A DNA stretch of 63,318 nucleotides, the filler included. It is 7 parts of 7 records of this genome, joined end to end, with 100 filler letters (N's around TTAATTAATTAA, not from the genome) between each part and the next. Parts side by side here need not be neighbours in the genome. Positions count along the whole stretch, not along the records: positions 37,781 to 49,813 come from SRR20825019_2252; positions 49,914 to 57,976 come from SRR20825019_2256; 5 more parts are not named here. The stretch is one strand, 5' to 3'. The position numbers and the translations under genes are program-made. Positions 45,141-58,076 of the stretch are shown here, one piece after another (the first letter of the stretch is position 1; each line of letters begins with the position of its first letter). Under the pieces are notes generated by a model. That model ran no database searches. It saw nothing but the letters and a program-made list of their open reading frames with translations, and was not told the origin of the DNA.

Positions 45141-48100
45141 ATGTCGGCTCGAGCGGGGCTGCGCCAGGGGAGCCAGGCCCGGCGGCGCGCGGCTGTGGTG
45201 GTGGCGGCACTGGTTGCCTTGTGCTGCGGCCGGGCCAACGCGGCCACCTACGGGCCGCCGGTGTGCACTGCCATCACCAGCATCAGCGGGGGCAGAGCCA
45301 AGTGCATTCAGAAGTACACCACTGCGGACGTCGACCTCGAGGACAACATCCACGGAGACCGGAACAGGAACAAGCCGAACCTGAACCCGAGCCGCTGGGG
45401 CTGGTGCAGCACCCGTTCCCGCTGGGACTTCTCCTGTTATGTAAGATGATTCTCTCCGGTGTGGAGTGAGAGGTGGGCGGGATGCTGACGTTGACTGCAG
45501 TGGCATTTTGATGGCAAGTCGCGGGACGACCTCGTGCGGGCGAGCCGGTTCGACTTTATAGCCGAGAGCCCATCCGAGTGGAGCGTTGGCAAGAGCATCA
45601 TGGGCACCGATGTCGGGTGGGTGATGGCCTACTACAGGCTCGAAATGTCGCGCTGGGAGGGGCAGTTCTATTCGTACGACAACGCCATGTGGGTAAGCAC
45701 CGCCAACCGGGACCAGTATGAGCAGGAGGTCATCACAAGCGGAGAGGGAACATTCGATGGCGATTGCAGGCAGAAGGTCTCCGCCGCGATGACCAGCATG
45801 GGCCTGGTGGCCCGGCACTCGGACAATCTCGACCGAAGCGTGAACGCGCTTGTGTGCCAGGTCCGCTACTCCTGCCTCAATGGAGGGAGCATGAATGGCG
45901 ACGGCAGCTGCAACTGCGTGCCGGGGTGCGAGGGGTGAGTGGGATGCCGGAATTACTATTTTTCTTTCTTGCTTTTGTCGTTGTTGTCGTGTGTGACCTT
46001 GAGGGTAGGTGCTTGGTGATGGGGGGATAAGCGATGGCTCTAGAACAGGAGTGGTTGAGGAGGCTGTTGGGTTGCGTTGGCTGGGCCTCGCTGCCAGTGG
46101 GCTCCCGCCAGGGTTTGGAACCATTCTGCAGCTTCGACCGCCCGGCCGATTCATGTGCACGTACTGACTGGTGAGGTCCCAACAGAACGAATTGCGGCGT
46201 CAATCCGGCCGGATGTAACCTCTCTTCCTGCCTCAACGGCGGCACACTGAGGGAATGCCCGGTGTGCGAGTGTGTGTGCTCGGGATATTGGACCGGATCC
46301 GACTGCGGCACGTGCGGCTACACCTGCTACAACGGCGGCACCGTGGATGCCAGTTGCAACGGCAACTGCGCCTGCGTCGCGCCATGGTCAGTGGCGGGTG
46401 CGGGCGGGGGTCGTGACGTGTGCTAACTCGTGAGGACCCCAGGACCGGGACGCGGTGCAATGTCTGCCCGTATGTCTGCAAGAATGGAGGGACATCGCTG
46501 GCCCCCGCGGCGTGCGCATGTCAGTGTACCGACTCTTGGAGCGGCAATGGTGAGTCCTAGTCATTGGCCAGGCGGAGGCGGTCCCGCCGGTCCCAAGAGC
46601 ATTGACGGCATGACCGACCCTGACCCACTGCGCAGAGTGCGAAACCTGCGACCTTACATGCGCCCAGGGGGGCTTTCGCTACCCGACCGAGTGGGGCCTG
46701 ACGGTGTCTGGGAATCAACACTGCAAGTGCGTGTGTCCGTTGCCTTGGTACGGCTCGGATTGCAACACCGTGGCCAGTGGGGACCGCTTCCGGGTCGCGG
46801 ACTACACTTTCTCCAGCATGGACTGGACGGTCGCTGACTCGTCGCTGTGGGGTCACCATGGCGAGGTGGTCGGCGTGTTGGACTTCCGGCGCGGCTATGA
46901 CGACGGCGCGATGCATTTTGATATGATCAACCCGCCGGATGATGTTGACACCTCGCTCATCCCCACGTCACGGTTCAATGAGATTGCCAACATGACCCAC
47001 GTAGAGGTGCCGTCGATGTGGGTGCGAGGGAGCGCCTCTTTTGCGTTCACGTTCCAGTTGGAAGACCGCGCGGGGACGTACATTCCCGGCCCGACCAACC
47101 ACACCCTGCTCCATATGCACTCCAGCACTGACCCCGCCACGCACCAGTTCTCGATCGTTGTCCACCGGAACGGATCCATCAGCGTTGAGATCCAAGACGC
47201 CTCGGGCGTGGTCCAAGGTGGGTCCACTGCCCCTGGGCTTGTGACATTCGGGGTCTGGTACCACCTGGCTGTGACTGTCGACAGCTTGGACAATGTCGCC
47301 ACCGCGTATCTTAACGGCGCCAGCGTCGGTGCCTTCCCTGTGAGCCCCTTCACGGACCACTATACCAGGATGGTGTACCTGGGCTGGGGCAACTCCACCC
47401 TGCAAGACAACTACTTCCCGGGCAATATGGAAAGGTTCCAGCTCTATGCCAGGGTGCTGTCCGCGTCTGAGGTGGCAACCCTGAGCAACTCAGCCAACCC
47501 ACCAGCCCCGGGCGATGGAGCGCGGACGTCGATTGAGGAATGTGACGACATGAACCGCGCCATCAGGGATGGCTGCTCGTTCCCCGCCATGAAGATTGAG
47601 CAAGGCTGGAAGTGTGAGGGCCGGCCCAGTGTCTGTGCAACCCTGCAGGCGGTCGTACCCGTCGCTGTACCGTACAACGCGTCCTCGGTGGTGACGATTT
47701 TGGGGCCCTGGGGCAGCGGAATATTTCGTCGATTCGCTTGGGCAATGTGGACTTGTACCAGATCACGCGGTTGTCTCACTCCAGCCTTACCGCCATGACA
47801 CCGCCCCACACTTCAACCTCGGACAGAATATGGACGGGGGCGAACATCACTATCCAGGAGGGAGACCAGACCGTGACCTTCAACTTCACCGACCTGTCCT
47901 TGGAGATCCTTCTGCCCCCGGAGATCCGCAATGTCACTCCCTCCCGCATCGTCGCGCACCAGGCCGTCGTGCTGAACATTGGCGGGGTTAATTTCGGAAG
48001 GCACTTTCTGATGGAAATCCGGGGTGTGTTCGTCTACAACGATACCACATCCCGGCCATGTGACTCAGTCCAGTGGGTTGACCACGAGAACATCATGTGT

Positions 48101-49813
48101 GTGATGTCAAGCGGCATGGCCGCGGGAAACTTTTCTCTGTCTGTCCTGACCAGCGCGGGCCTTGCCAATAGCACCACAGCCCTGCTGCAGGTAGCCGATC
48201 CTGTTGTTGTGGTGCCATCGGGTGATTCTGGAGTCTCGGGGGATTACCAGAGCCCCGCACCGTGGAAGACCGTGACTGGCTCCGCGGCCAAGGATGTCCC
48301 GGCCTCCAGCACCTCCTTCGGAGACTCACTTTTTGTGACCGGTTACACAGACGGCGATATGGACGGACCCCATAAGAATCACGCGCGGCACCACGGCGGG
48401 ACGGATGCGTTCGTGGTGCGCATGGGCATGGGCGGGGGGAACGTGATGTGGAGCCGCAATTACGGCACGCCGGAGAATGACGCGGGTGTCGCCATCACCA
48501 AGTCAGCGTTGTATGTGTTCATAGCCGGGACAACCCTGGGGTCATTCCCGTCTACGGAAGATGCGATGCAAGGCCGGACCACGACATCCAATACCCACAA
48601 GGGCGAGACAGATGTGTTCATTGCGTGCATTGATGCTGACTCGGGGAATCTGGTGTGGGCGGTTCAGGAGGGCGACCGGTGGTCAGACAGCGTGTCCGTC
48701 ATGGCTTTTCTGGATGGAACTCTGTACATTGCCGGGGTCAGCAAAGGTAATTGGGTCGGCACCCCTTACCTCAACCCTTACTGCATCTACTCACGGGAAC
48801 TGTGCAAAACGTTAATTTACTGCGCCGGCTTCAACGCCGCCAGCGGGGCCAGGACGTTTGCGTCGATGGAGGGGGACAACCGCTTTGTGGATTCGCAGTT
48901 GGATGGCAAACTGGAGGTCACTGGAATGTCTGTGGTCAAGCAGGCTGGCTCGCCCGTGGCGTATGTCAGCGGGAATGTCAGAGGCAATATCAACTTGAGC
49001 CGTGCCGTCCAGAGCCCGAATTGCAACGCACAGATCCGGGCCGACGGCAGCGTCCCATGGGATGGATTCGTGACATACTTTCCGATCGGGAGCGGCTCGG
49101 CGGAAGAGATTTGGAGCGTGCAGCTGGGGGGCGACCCGGACGAGTTCTATCGGGGGGTGTTTGCGTCGGAGACGCGCCTGATCATCCCGACAGACTTCAG
49201 GGAGCATGATACTGCAGACGGGGGGAGCGGTATGCAGCTGTTTGATCTTGGCGGTACCGCAATCGCGTTCTACCTTCAGAATGCGTTCTACCTCGGAGTG
49301 AATGAGACCATGACCACGATAACAGGTGATGCGTCCGGTTTCTATGTGCTGGGGCGCCGCACGGGTCTCAACACTACGGGCGTTCAGGACGGCGTGGTCT
49401 ACAAGCTCTCGTCGTCGGACCTGTCTCTGATGTGGGAATACCGATGGGGGGCGTTGAATGACACCATCCACCCGATGTCCCTCGAAGTGACGGCGGACGC
49501 ACTGTACATTGGGTTCACGCGCAACGACGATTTTGCTTCCGATGTGGAGATGACGAAGATCCCCTTGAACCCCGCGGGCACCCGCAGCTTCACGTATGAC
49601 CGGTGGGAGTTGTGCAGCACCGGGATGTACAGCGACATCCCGGGCCGCATGAAGGTGAGCCAGTCCAGCTGTATCGTACATCCTGGACATTGCCTAAGTG
49701 ACGGGTGCCACACTCGCAGTGCCTGGACTGCAACGAAGGAGAGTACGGCGGGGAGCGGGGGCGCCGAGGTATGTATGGATATTTGAGGCCGGTCATGTTG
49801 GGGTTTGTTGAAT
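45141..49813 (+). CDS. Multi-exon giant surface protein: signal, lectin-like region, EGF-like repeats, LamG/ConA domain, Myxococcus-type Cys-rich repeat, IPT/TIG, SBBP propeller, GCC2/GCC3; 3'-truncated; frameshift near 47702
   Basis: Exon 1 45141-45440, intron GTAAGA..GCTGAC..CAG to 45500, then in-frame exons with CLNGG/CYNGG/CKNGG EGF units; WYHLAVT...YLNG...LYARVLSASEV (LamG); EECDDMN..IRDGCS..IEQGWKC; VTGYTDG..GGTDAFV..WSRNYGT. Confidence 0.82.
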
Positions 49814-49913
49814 NNNNNNNNNNNNNNNNNNNNNNNNNNNNNNNNNNNNNNNNNNNNTTAATTAATTAANNNNNNNNNNNNNNNNNNNNNNNNNNNNNNN
49901 NNNNNNNNNNNNN
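49814..49913. other. Artificial contig spacer
   Basis: N44-TTAATTAATTAA-N44. Confidence 0.99.
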
Positions 49914-52900
49914 ACAAGCTCGGCCTCCAAGTCAGATGACACGTATCGGGCCTCGGTACCAGTCTCCGCGCAGTTCCCAGCACAGTACACCTTGGGGCAA
50001 ACCTGAAGGGACGAGTCGGCGAATGCAACGGCAAGGGGGACCACCACGGTACCATTCACAACGGAGCCCAAACCAGCCCATGAAGGGCCTACGCAGGACT
50101 CGGCGTACCGTGCTGATGTGATGGAGGTGCTAGTAGGGATGCAGATATCCTCCGACACCAACCTGCCCACATCGCTGGGGCCTACAGCGATCAACCCCGA
50201 GCACAGGAAGGACAGCTCAGAGACGGTGATGTTGATACCTGTCTTGACAGGGGGGTATTTACCGCAGGATACGACCAGCTCAAAGGTACCGACGGGGAGG
50301 AGTGAGGGGACTATGACGGTCGACTCGGTAAGCACGACTCCTTGGTCAGATACACATCCCTTCCAGAGGGCAGCCTGAGCAGCAAGAGCCAACGTAGAGT
50401 TACCAAGACGAGTATCCATGTACCCGTATGTCTCAAGCGATTGGGAGGTTACCTTGGCAATATGGGAATGGCCCCCAACATGAAGGGTGCTGCTCCAATC
50501 GACCTCCAAGTAGGCAACATTGGTTGTGAAGTACTGCCGGCCACCATCTACGGAGACGCATACAGATGCTGGGGCGAAGACTGTGTAGGACGAACCCTCC
50601 ACTACTGCCACCACGGTACCTGCGGACGATCCCGAAACAACACCATCCCGCTTTGAGATAGTCTGGTCGACAAGTCGCTGGGTAAAGAGTGGGGGGAAGA
50701 GGTGAGCCTCGCCGCAGGGTGCGTGGATAGACAGTCGGAGGGACCCATAGTAGGGGAGTAGTTGGGCCGGCACCAACCCACCATCCCCTGATACCTGCAT
50801 ACTTAGGATCAGGGACTCGTGTATGTTCCTCGCAACAGTGACAGCATCGGCAACCGTTACCGTGACATTAATAACACCGAATCGGACATTTGTGGCTAGG
50901 TAGAAGGGAGTGGCGTACAGACCACCTGAGGGTGCTATGCGTCGGAGACAGATCTCGAGGGAGGTTGCAGTGGGAATGGCAGTGTGGGCCGACTGGAGAT
51001 GGATGGCTCCGTTGCCGACAACAGTCATTATGGGGAGGCCGTGGGAGTTATAGTAGCAGGCGGTAGACAGCATAACGGCAGATCCAATGGGTATGTTGGT
51101 GATGCCATACTGGGACAAGTAGACGGTCCCAGTAGAATTGACAGGTACGGATAGGAGGGGCTCGGGGACGTCCTCGGGGGTGGAGGGGTCCTTGGGGGCA
51201 ACAATCACCAACGTGATGTTGGTCATGGTGTAGGTCTTGGAGTTGGGGGGAGCGACACACATAGGAATGGGCTCCAGCTCTGGCTTCTCAAGGAGGACGC
51301 CATCAATAATCATACCGGGGCCGAATAGGGTAAAGGTGGTGTTGACCAGCTGGGAGTTGGCCGCGATGTAGGAGTCTTGGTCGTCAGGTAGATTAGAGCC
51401 GCAGCCCTTTCCAAAGCGGGCAGTAGTACCCTCCTCAATTCCCAACCCATTGATAACAATACGTGCAGCCTCTGATCCAGCTTCGACCTCGGCATGGGTG
51501 GTCTCGTGACCACCAATGGTGATACTCCATATAGTTAGGGGTGCAAAGGCTAGGGATATGGGCGAAGCAGGGCGGATCCAGAAGCTGGGAGCACCCTCGA
51601 CACACATGGTCCAGTTGGAGCGGTATCCGATTACAGATGACCACTCCTTGGCCTTTTGCACAGGTAGGACGAATATACTGTTGAAGGTGGTGAAGGGACC
51701 GGCTACAACTTCAGAGGGAAGTTCAGCATTCTGACTAAAGGCACAAGGGGCATCCTTGTTGGAGGAGTCTACCTTGACAAATATCAACCGGGAGGTGAGA
51801 GGGCAGCTACCCCCAGCACATTTAAGCTTACCAACCAAGTCGGCGCTCCCTACCGTGTACAGGGTACTAGCCGACGACTGTTGGAATACGGCTGGGAATT
51901 GGGGTTCGATAGACACCACAGACTGGGCTGGGAAGTACGAGAACCACAAGGCCTCACGGGTGGGCTCCACACTAACCTGGATACGAAGCTCCTCCCACAC
52001 ACCAGCATTGTTACCCTTGAGGCATACGGCCTGATTTCCAACATCGGCGGAGGTGTGTAGCTCGGTGAAGAAGACATACCACACACCATCTACCCTATGG
52101 AGGGGGAGGTCAGGGAGGCTAGAGATGCAACCGGCACCGGGGGGGGCCAAACGCAACACGGTACTTTGGCGAATTCCGGATCCGTCAACGGGAAGTAGAC
52201 GCTCCACACCAGGGTGGAGGGTAACCCTTGTGGTGCTGTTGATGGAGAAGAGGGAGGTGGTGGCCGGCTTGAGGATGGCTGTGAGTCCAAAATCCAAAGC
52301 AGCATAGCGAAGGGGGGTTGTCGTACGGGTAGTGAAGCACACACGGTACTCGCCCACGGGAAGGGATCCGGGAAACACGAGCACCGATCCTAGGGTGGCC
52401 TTGGTGGCAAATGGGGCGTCGGCATCGGTCATATTACCACAGCTTGCTGTCATCTTAACAAAATGGACAACTAGGCTGTGGGGATTGGCGTCCACCAATG
52501 GACCCTCCAGCTGGTAAGGTTGAGGCTCGGTATCCTCGTCACTGTCTATGTACACCTGCTTCTTAATGGCGGAGAGGACTAGGAAGCCGTCAACTGATGG
52601 AACCCTCCTAACGGCGGGAATACCAGTGGAGCTGCACACACCACCAATACACATACAATACATAGCGGTGCTGTTGTTGGTAACGGTAAGGGATGCGGTC
52701 TGGAGGGCGGTGTAGGATGCAAACATGCCCTGTAGAGATGAAAGGGGTGACGATACAAACTCGAAGTCAGCCACATTGGAGGGTGGGGACTTGGTAAGGG
52801 GGGCAGGCATCATGATGTACGCCGAGGTGGTGTTGCAGTTACCACTAACTCCAATAGATATAGTGGGGCCTGCATCCAACCCAAAACCTGATACCTGAAT

Positions 52901-55900
52901 GCTGACGGACTCACCATAGACAATTGTGGTGGATGAAATGTTGTGGACCCTGGGGGGTGCAAACTGGAATTGGAAAGGGGTAAACTTGGCACCGAGGAGG
53001 GGATCCCTAACACACAACCATGCCGTCGAGGAGCCATACTGTGACCGCCACGCCCCTACAGAGGTGGCATTGAGGCCGAGGTAGACAGACGCGTCGGGGA
53101 GGTGGCCCTTGAGAGGGTCGGTGTAATCGGCCCTGAGGGGAACCTCAACACCAACCACGTCGGTGGTAACACATGGGTTCGGAGATAGAAGTGCTGACAT
53201 ACCTCCCTGCAGACCGTACCCTTGAATGGGCAGTACAAGGTTGGAAAGCTGGTCGCATAGGACCAAGGTGGGGTAGGGGACGGCGGAGGATATAAGAGGG
53301 CTAGCCCCCACCCGCAGCACGTTGAGGGGTCTAACATCAATCAGGGCGGAGGTAAGGTGGAAGAGACGGGCGGAGGGATACCCGTGGCCTACCGACAAGC
53401 ATAGGGCATGGTATACCGATACGCCCTCCAAGATGAAACCGCGGGGTAGTGCAATGCCCACCTCGGACCCAACCATGAGAGGGGAGAAGGTACGCCCTCC
53501 ATAGAAGGAGGTGGCATTGCAGATACCGGTGGCAACATTGGTAGCTGTGCGGGGGGCGAATCCCACTCTCATGGTGCTCAGGGTTGTCTTGGCCAAGCCA
53601 GCCAGTCCCCATATGTACAGTAGGCCTTGGTAGCCCTCGGTGAGGATGGTTAGGGGGGTGCCTACCTGCTGGGAGGTGGTGGATAGGCCTGATACCAATG
53701 TGGGTAGGACTGTCACTCGGACCCTAGTAGGCCGGGGGGTGAGGTATGGGTGGTCAGCAATGCAGAGGACCAATGGGGCCGATGTGGGGATGGCAGTGTG
53801 GTTAGAGTTGAGTACTAGGATGGGAACACCATTGATGTCAATTGTAACTGGGACGGCGGTAGAGTGGTCCATATCGGTGATACAACCCCCCTCGGCCGCA
53901 AACCCTGCAATAAACCCCTTCTTGATACCACTACCAACAATTCGTAGAGTGTGTAGGTCGTATTGGGAAAGTACGATCGAAGTGGTCTCACCCATACCAG
54001 CATCGGCAGCTGTCACCACAACCTCCTCCTCCTCCACCTCTACATACAAGGAGGGCACTAGCGTAAACACTCCTCCCACCTCAAGGGTAACACACACGTA
54101 GAAGCTAGTGAGGTACTCGGGCACCACCATATACTCCCTGGAGTGGTAGCGGGAGTAGTCGATAACGTCATATCCATAGGCACCACTGCCGTTGACTTGC
54201 ATGAACCCAGGACCAAAGGAGAATGGGGGGTCATTGCACCCCTCGACGGAGGAGTATCGTACACCTGCGATAAGGCTACTGTTACGACCGGTAAGGGTAA
54301 AGTGGGTGGAGCTAAGCCTTGAGATGAGATAGGGGTTAGCCATCTCTCCTCCTACGTAAGCAATACCGTCGACAATTGCGTCTACCACAGTAAAGGTAAT
54401 GTTGGTGGTTGTGAAGCCACTACCGTCAACCGACACGCACACAGTGCCGTTAACGGTAGGGATGGTGTGCTTGATGCGCACATCCCCACTACTCATCACC
54501 GCCGAGAGATAGGGTGGGGGAGGGACCCCTTTACACCCACCCCCGTGGGAGAACCACACCAAGGCGCCGCTAGCGTTCCTGCTACCCCCTACCATGTATG
54601 TACCAATAGTGTTAAGAGTGACCTCAAGGTGTGTGCGGCCGGCAAGGGAATACACAGTAAGGGGTCCCCCGGAGGGCTGGGAAGTGGGAATGGTTGTTGG
54701 TAGGGTGGTTGGGGTAGTGGTGGTGAGAGTTGTGGGGTCGTACTGGCACACGACGGCCTGCACTACAGCGGTGCAGGCTACAGCCCTAGTATATCCCAGT
54801 GGGGTAACTACCACACATCCCATCTCGAGGGTAGGCTCCGAGGGGGCCCATAGGCCGTTGACCACAGTCTTTACCGAGGTCCAGTCTGTGGACCCGTCGG
54901 TTACGTACCCATCCTCCCCGTATCCGATGTACGTCAAGCCCACCAGTGCTTCGGTGTCGTTGGCCGCCTTGATCATGGATGCGATAAGGAAGGCTGTATC
55001 CTGTGTAACTAGCGAGGAGGCGGTGGGGGTAGTGAGGGGGGTGGAAGTGGCACATACCTTGTCCATATCCCTTCCCCGTACGGCGGTCTCGACAACCTTG
55101 AGACACTTCCCAACACCAGCACTGTATGTCCAACCTGTGGTGCAGGAGGCACCAGGCACTCCGGTAGTGGTTGAGGGTGGTGGGGATGTGGTTGGGGTTG
55201 TGGAGGGGGTTGCGGCATCGGGCATAAAGCTGCAGACCACAGGCATTGGGTCCCGACAGCTCACCGCAGTCCACATACCTGCACGATCGATAGAAACACA
55301 TCCAAAGTCTAAGTGGGGCTCGTTGGGGGCCCATGCCTGGTAGAAGCGGTTGGCGGGGGTTGGCCACGTGGGAGTGCTTGGAGATGTGGCAGCGAGCTCC
55401 TCAGAGCTGTACCACATGTAGTCCTGCCATACCACACCGATATCGCCGCTGCTCATAAACACTCCCATTACGAGGGCCGATGTGGAGGTGGGTAGTAGAT
55501 TGGTGATGGCCACCGAGTCGTCCTCATCGTACACAGATACCAGGCGGGCAGTAGGGTAAGCCGCCGTACAGGTGGCATCGGCTTGAAGGCCCTCCACTAG
55601 TTTGGGGAGGAAACGATAGCACGCACCTGTAACCCTCGACCGTGTCCAACTGTCAGGGCAGGTACGGTTGGCGATAATAACTGGCCTAGATGGGCGAAGG
55701 GGGGCAGGAGGAGCGGTAGTGGGGCTTCCTGGGGCGGCTGTTGTTGCTGATGTGGGCACAGGGGTAGTAGGTGATGTTGGGACGGGTGCGGATACAAGAG
55801 CGCGGCAGAAGAAGGGTAGCTTCGATTCTGTGCAGGGGGAGACATCCCACTCGCCAGCACAGGTTAGGGTCAAGCACCCATCCCCCACGTTGGGGGTACT

Positions 55901-56254
55901 AATTGCAAAAGGAGTACTGTCAAACCAGCGGTACTCCCCGTACATGTGAACACCTCCCACCGATGCCATAGTGCTGACGTTAAGCTCACACATGGGTGAC
56001 ATGAGGGACACAAGTAGGTCAACGTCATCGGTCGTCCTTACCGACGCGGCATGGCCCACAGTGAACATGTCATTCGCTACTACACTTGAGCAAAAGAACT
56101 CGGTGTCGATGGGGGAGGCCTTGTTGAGGTACAATTTATAACACTCGGCTGTTTGGGTCGTTTGGTTGACACTGAGCGTGAACCAGTCATCCGGACAATG
56201 CACGGCAGAGCTGCCAACTGCGAGCAATACCAGTGCTATAACAGCCACTTTCAT
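49914..56254 (-). CDS. Large intronless secreted/surface protein with three C-type lectin-like domains, Thr/Pro-rich linkers and Cys-containing beta-rich repeats; 3'-truncated
   Basis: Signal MKVAVIALVLLAVGSSA; CPDDW..CYK...W..SPC...LPFFC; CPDSW..CYR...WAPNEP...C.DPMPVVC; CTTGW..CLK...WAPSEP...VVCQ; mucin-like PTT linkers. Confidence 0.85.
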
Positions 56255-56424
56255 TCTCTTGAAACGGGAGAAATAGATGTAAGAGGCACAAAGACAATAT
56301 AAAATTAAAATTTAAAAATAAGGGCAGTTTACATAAAAATGAAAGACACACGCATTTACATTTACCTAATCGCAAAGAAAAAGCGCAACGATAGTTGTAG
56401 TACCCTGGTACGGCACACTATATA

Positions 56425-57828
56425 TTATGGGCAGTTCTGGTCAAGGACAGTATTACTGAATATCAGGTCTACCCCGCTGCCTAGGGTAATACCCAGCACG
56501 GCATAGAGGGCACCAATATTCATAGCCATCTGCCGTCGCTCCTTGGACTCTCCCTCCCCCGATGTGAGCTCAAGGATATTGTAGAATACGTTTACATACG
56601 ACGCACCGCCCATGAGCCCCACAAACACCATAAGTATGAAGAGTCCCACCGCCATGCCCACCTCCTTACTCTCCTCGGGGCTACTCATGAACAACACCTT
56701 TGCCTGTATAAACCAGAATACGGCATTGATAAACTGTAAGATGGTCAACACCCACACCTTCCTAATACGGATGCATGCCAGGGACGACCTGGATATGAGC
56801 ACTCCACACTGGTATGAGAACTGGGTGATGACGAACGCATTGGCCAACAGGAAGTTACCTGAGTGGGCGGCGTAGCAGGGGAAGCAAAACGGCGCGATGA
56901 ACTGGATGGCGTATTCGAATATATACACCAACGTAAGATTGATATTGTTGAACAATGCCAAATTATGGGTTTCGATGATGAACTGCATGCGAGGCGTCTT
57001 CCACCACCTTGGTGCAGGGGCGTCGTTATCGGCCACAGGGTTGTTGGTCTCCTCGAGCTCACGGCCCGATAATATGCCATTGACCAACCCCTGCCTTTCG
57101 CCCTCCCCCTCGGCCTTTCTGATCTCGGGCTGAGACCAAGACATCACATTCCAATTGCTGCCTGCAACCTCCTCATCCTCAGAGGTGGGTCCGAGGATTA
57201 GGAAGTAGAAGGAGCCCCAGTAGGCTAGTACCAACACGGCACTAATGGCAAAGATGTCGGTGTTGGAGAGGGATGCTGCCTGCATGGCCATGTAGAAGGC
57301 TGTGGCGATGACCCCCGACATACCAGTACCACTTGACCAGGCCCCAACGAAACGGGATGGGAACCGCTCAATGTAACCAAGTGTGACCGACTCACCCCAA
57401 CTACTACCATTACCTACATTGAGGACACCAAAGAGCGCAATAGCAAACTTAGCAGTATCGTTGGATCCACAGAAGGGGGCGGCCATCACCAATGAGAGGC
57501 CTATGAGGGTTTGGATGCCCATAATCATGTATCGACGTTTGTATGGCATAGCATCAAACACAAAGGCGTTCAACATCCGCACTACTAGACCCCCCATCAC
57601 ATTACTCCAACTAACCAGGGCAATGTAACTCTTCAGGTTAAAGCTTTCGGCAATATTACTAGCGGCACTAAGCACCAAGCAGTAATGGAAGTTGTTGATG
57701 AGGCCGATAATCCACAGTGCGGCATAGTTCCTCTTAGAGTGGCGCTCGTACACCGATGTAGGCACCTCAGCCTCGGCATCGGGTACATGGCCCTTAGGGA
57801 GTATGACTACCCTATCCTCATCACTCAT
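56425..57828 (-). CDS. CLN3: CLN3/battenin (Btn1) family lysosomal membrane protein
   Basis: GLINNFHYCLVLSAA, GSSWGES..LG, AWSSGTGMSG, LVYIFEY.I, YQCGVLISRSS, GLMGGASYVN; about 11 TM; intronless. Confidence 0.92.
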   Translation of the reverse strand: MSDEDRVVILPKGHVPDAEAEVPTSVYERHSKRNYAALWIIGLINNFHYCLVLSAASNIAESFNLKSYIALVSWSNVMGGLVVRMLNAFVFDAMPYKRRYMIMGIQTLIGLSLVMAAPFCGSNDTAKFAIALFGVLNVGNGSSWGESVTLGYIERFPSRFVGAWSSGTGMSGVIATAFYMAMQAASLSNTDIFAISAVLVLAYWGSFYFLILGPTSEDEEVAGSNWNVMSWSQPEIRKAEGEGERQGLVNGILSGRELEETNNPVADNDAPAPRWWKTPRMQFIIETHNLALFNNINLTLVYIFEYAIQFIAPFCFPCYAAHSGNFLLANAFVITQFSYQCGVLISRSSLACIRIRKVWVLTILQFINAVFWFIQAKVLFMSSPEESKEVGMAVGLFILMVFVGLMGGASYVNVFYNILELTSGEGESKERRQMAMNIGALYAVLGITLGSGVDLIFSNTVLDQNCP

Positions 57829-57976
57829 AGTATAGAGTCTGCACTAATTGGGAAAGGAGTAATATATCAGAGAAACACAGACAAGCATAAATGCAACACA
57901 TGGGAAGGTGATTATAAAGTAGCTAAAAAACTAGTGTGGGTATGTCATTAACGACGACGGCGGATCATGGTACGCT

Positions 57977-58076
57977 NNNNNNNNNNNNNNNNNNNNNNNN
58001 NNNNNNNNNNNNNNNNNNNNTTAATTAATTAANNNNNNNNNNNNNNNNNNNNNNNNNNNNNNNNNNNNNNNNNNNN
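57977..58076. other. Artificial contig spacer
   Basis: N44-TTAATTAATTAA-N44. Confidence 0.99.

Noticed and set aside
10648-58076. Six identical TTAATTAATTAA elements in N-runs, and apparent bacterial-eukaryotic gene neighbourhoods
   Set aside because: These are artificial concatenation linkers. Adjacency across them is not evidence of HGT or of an operon.
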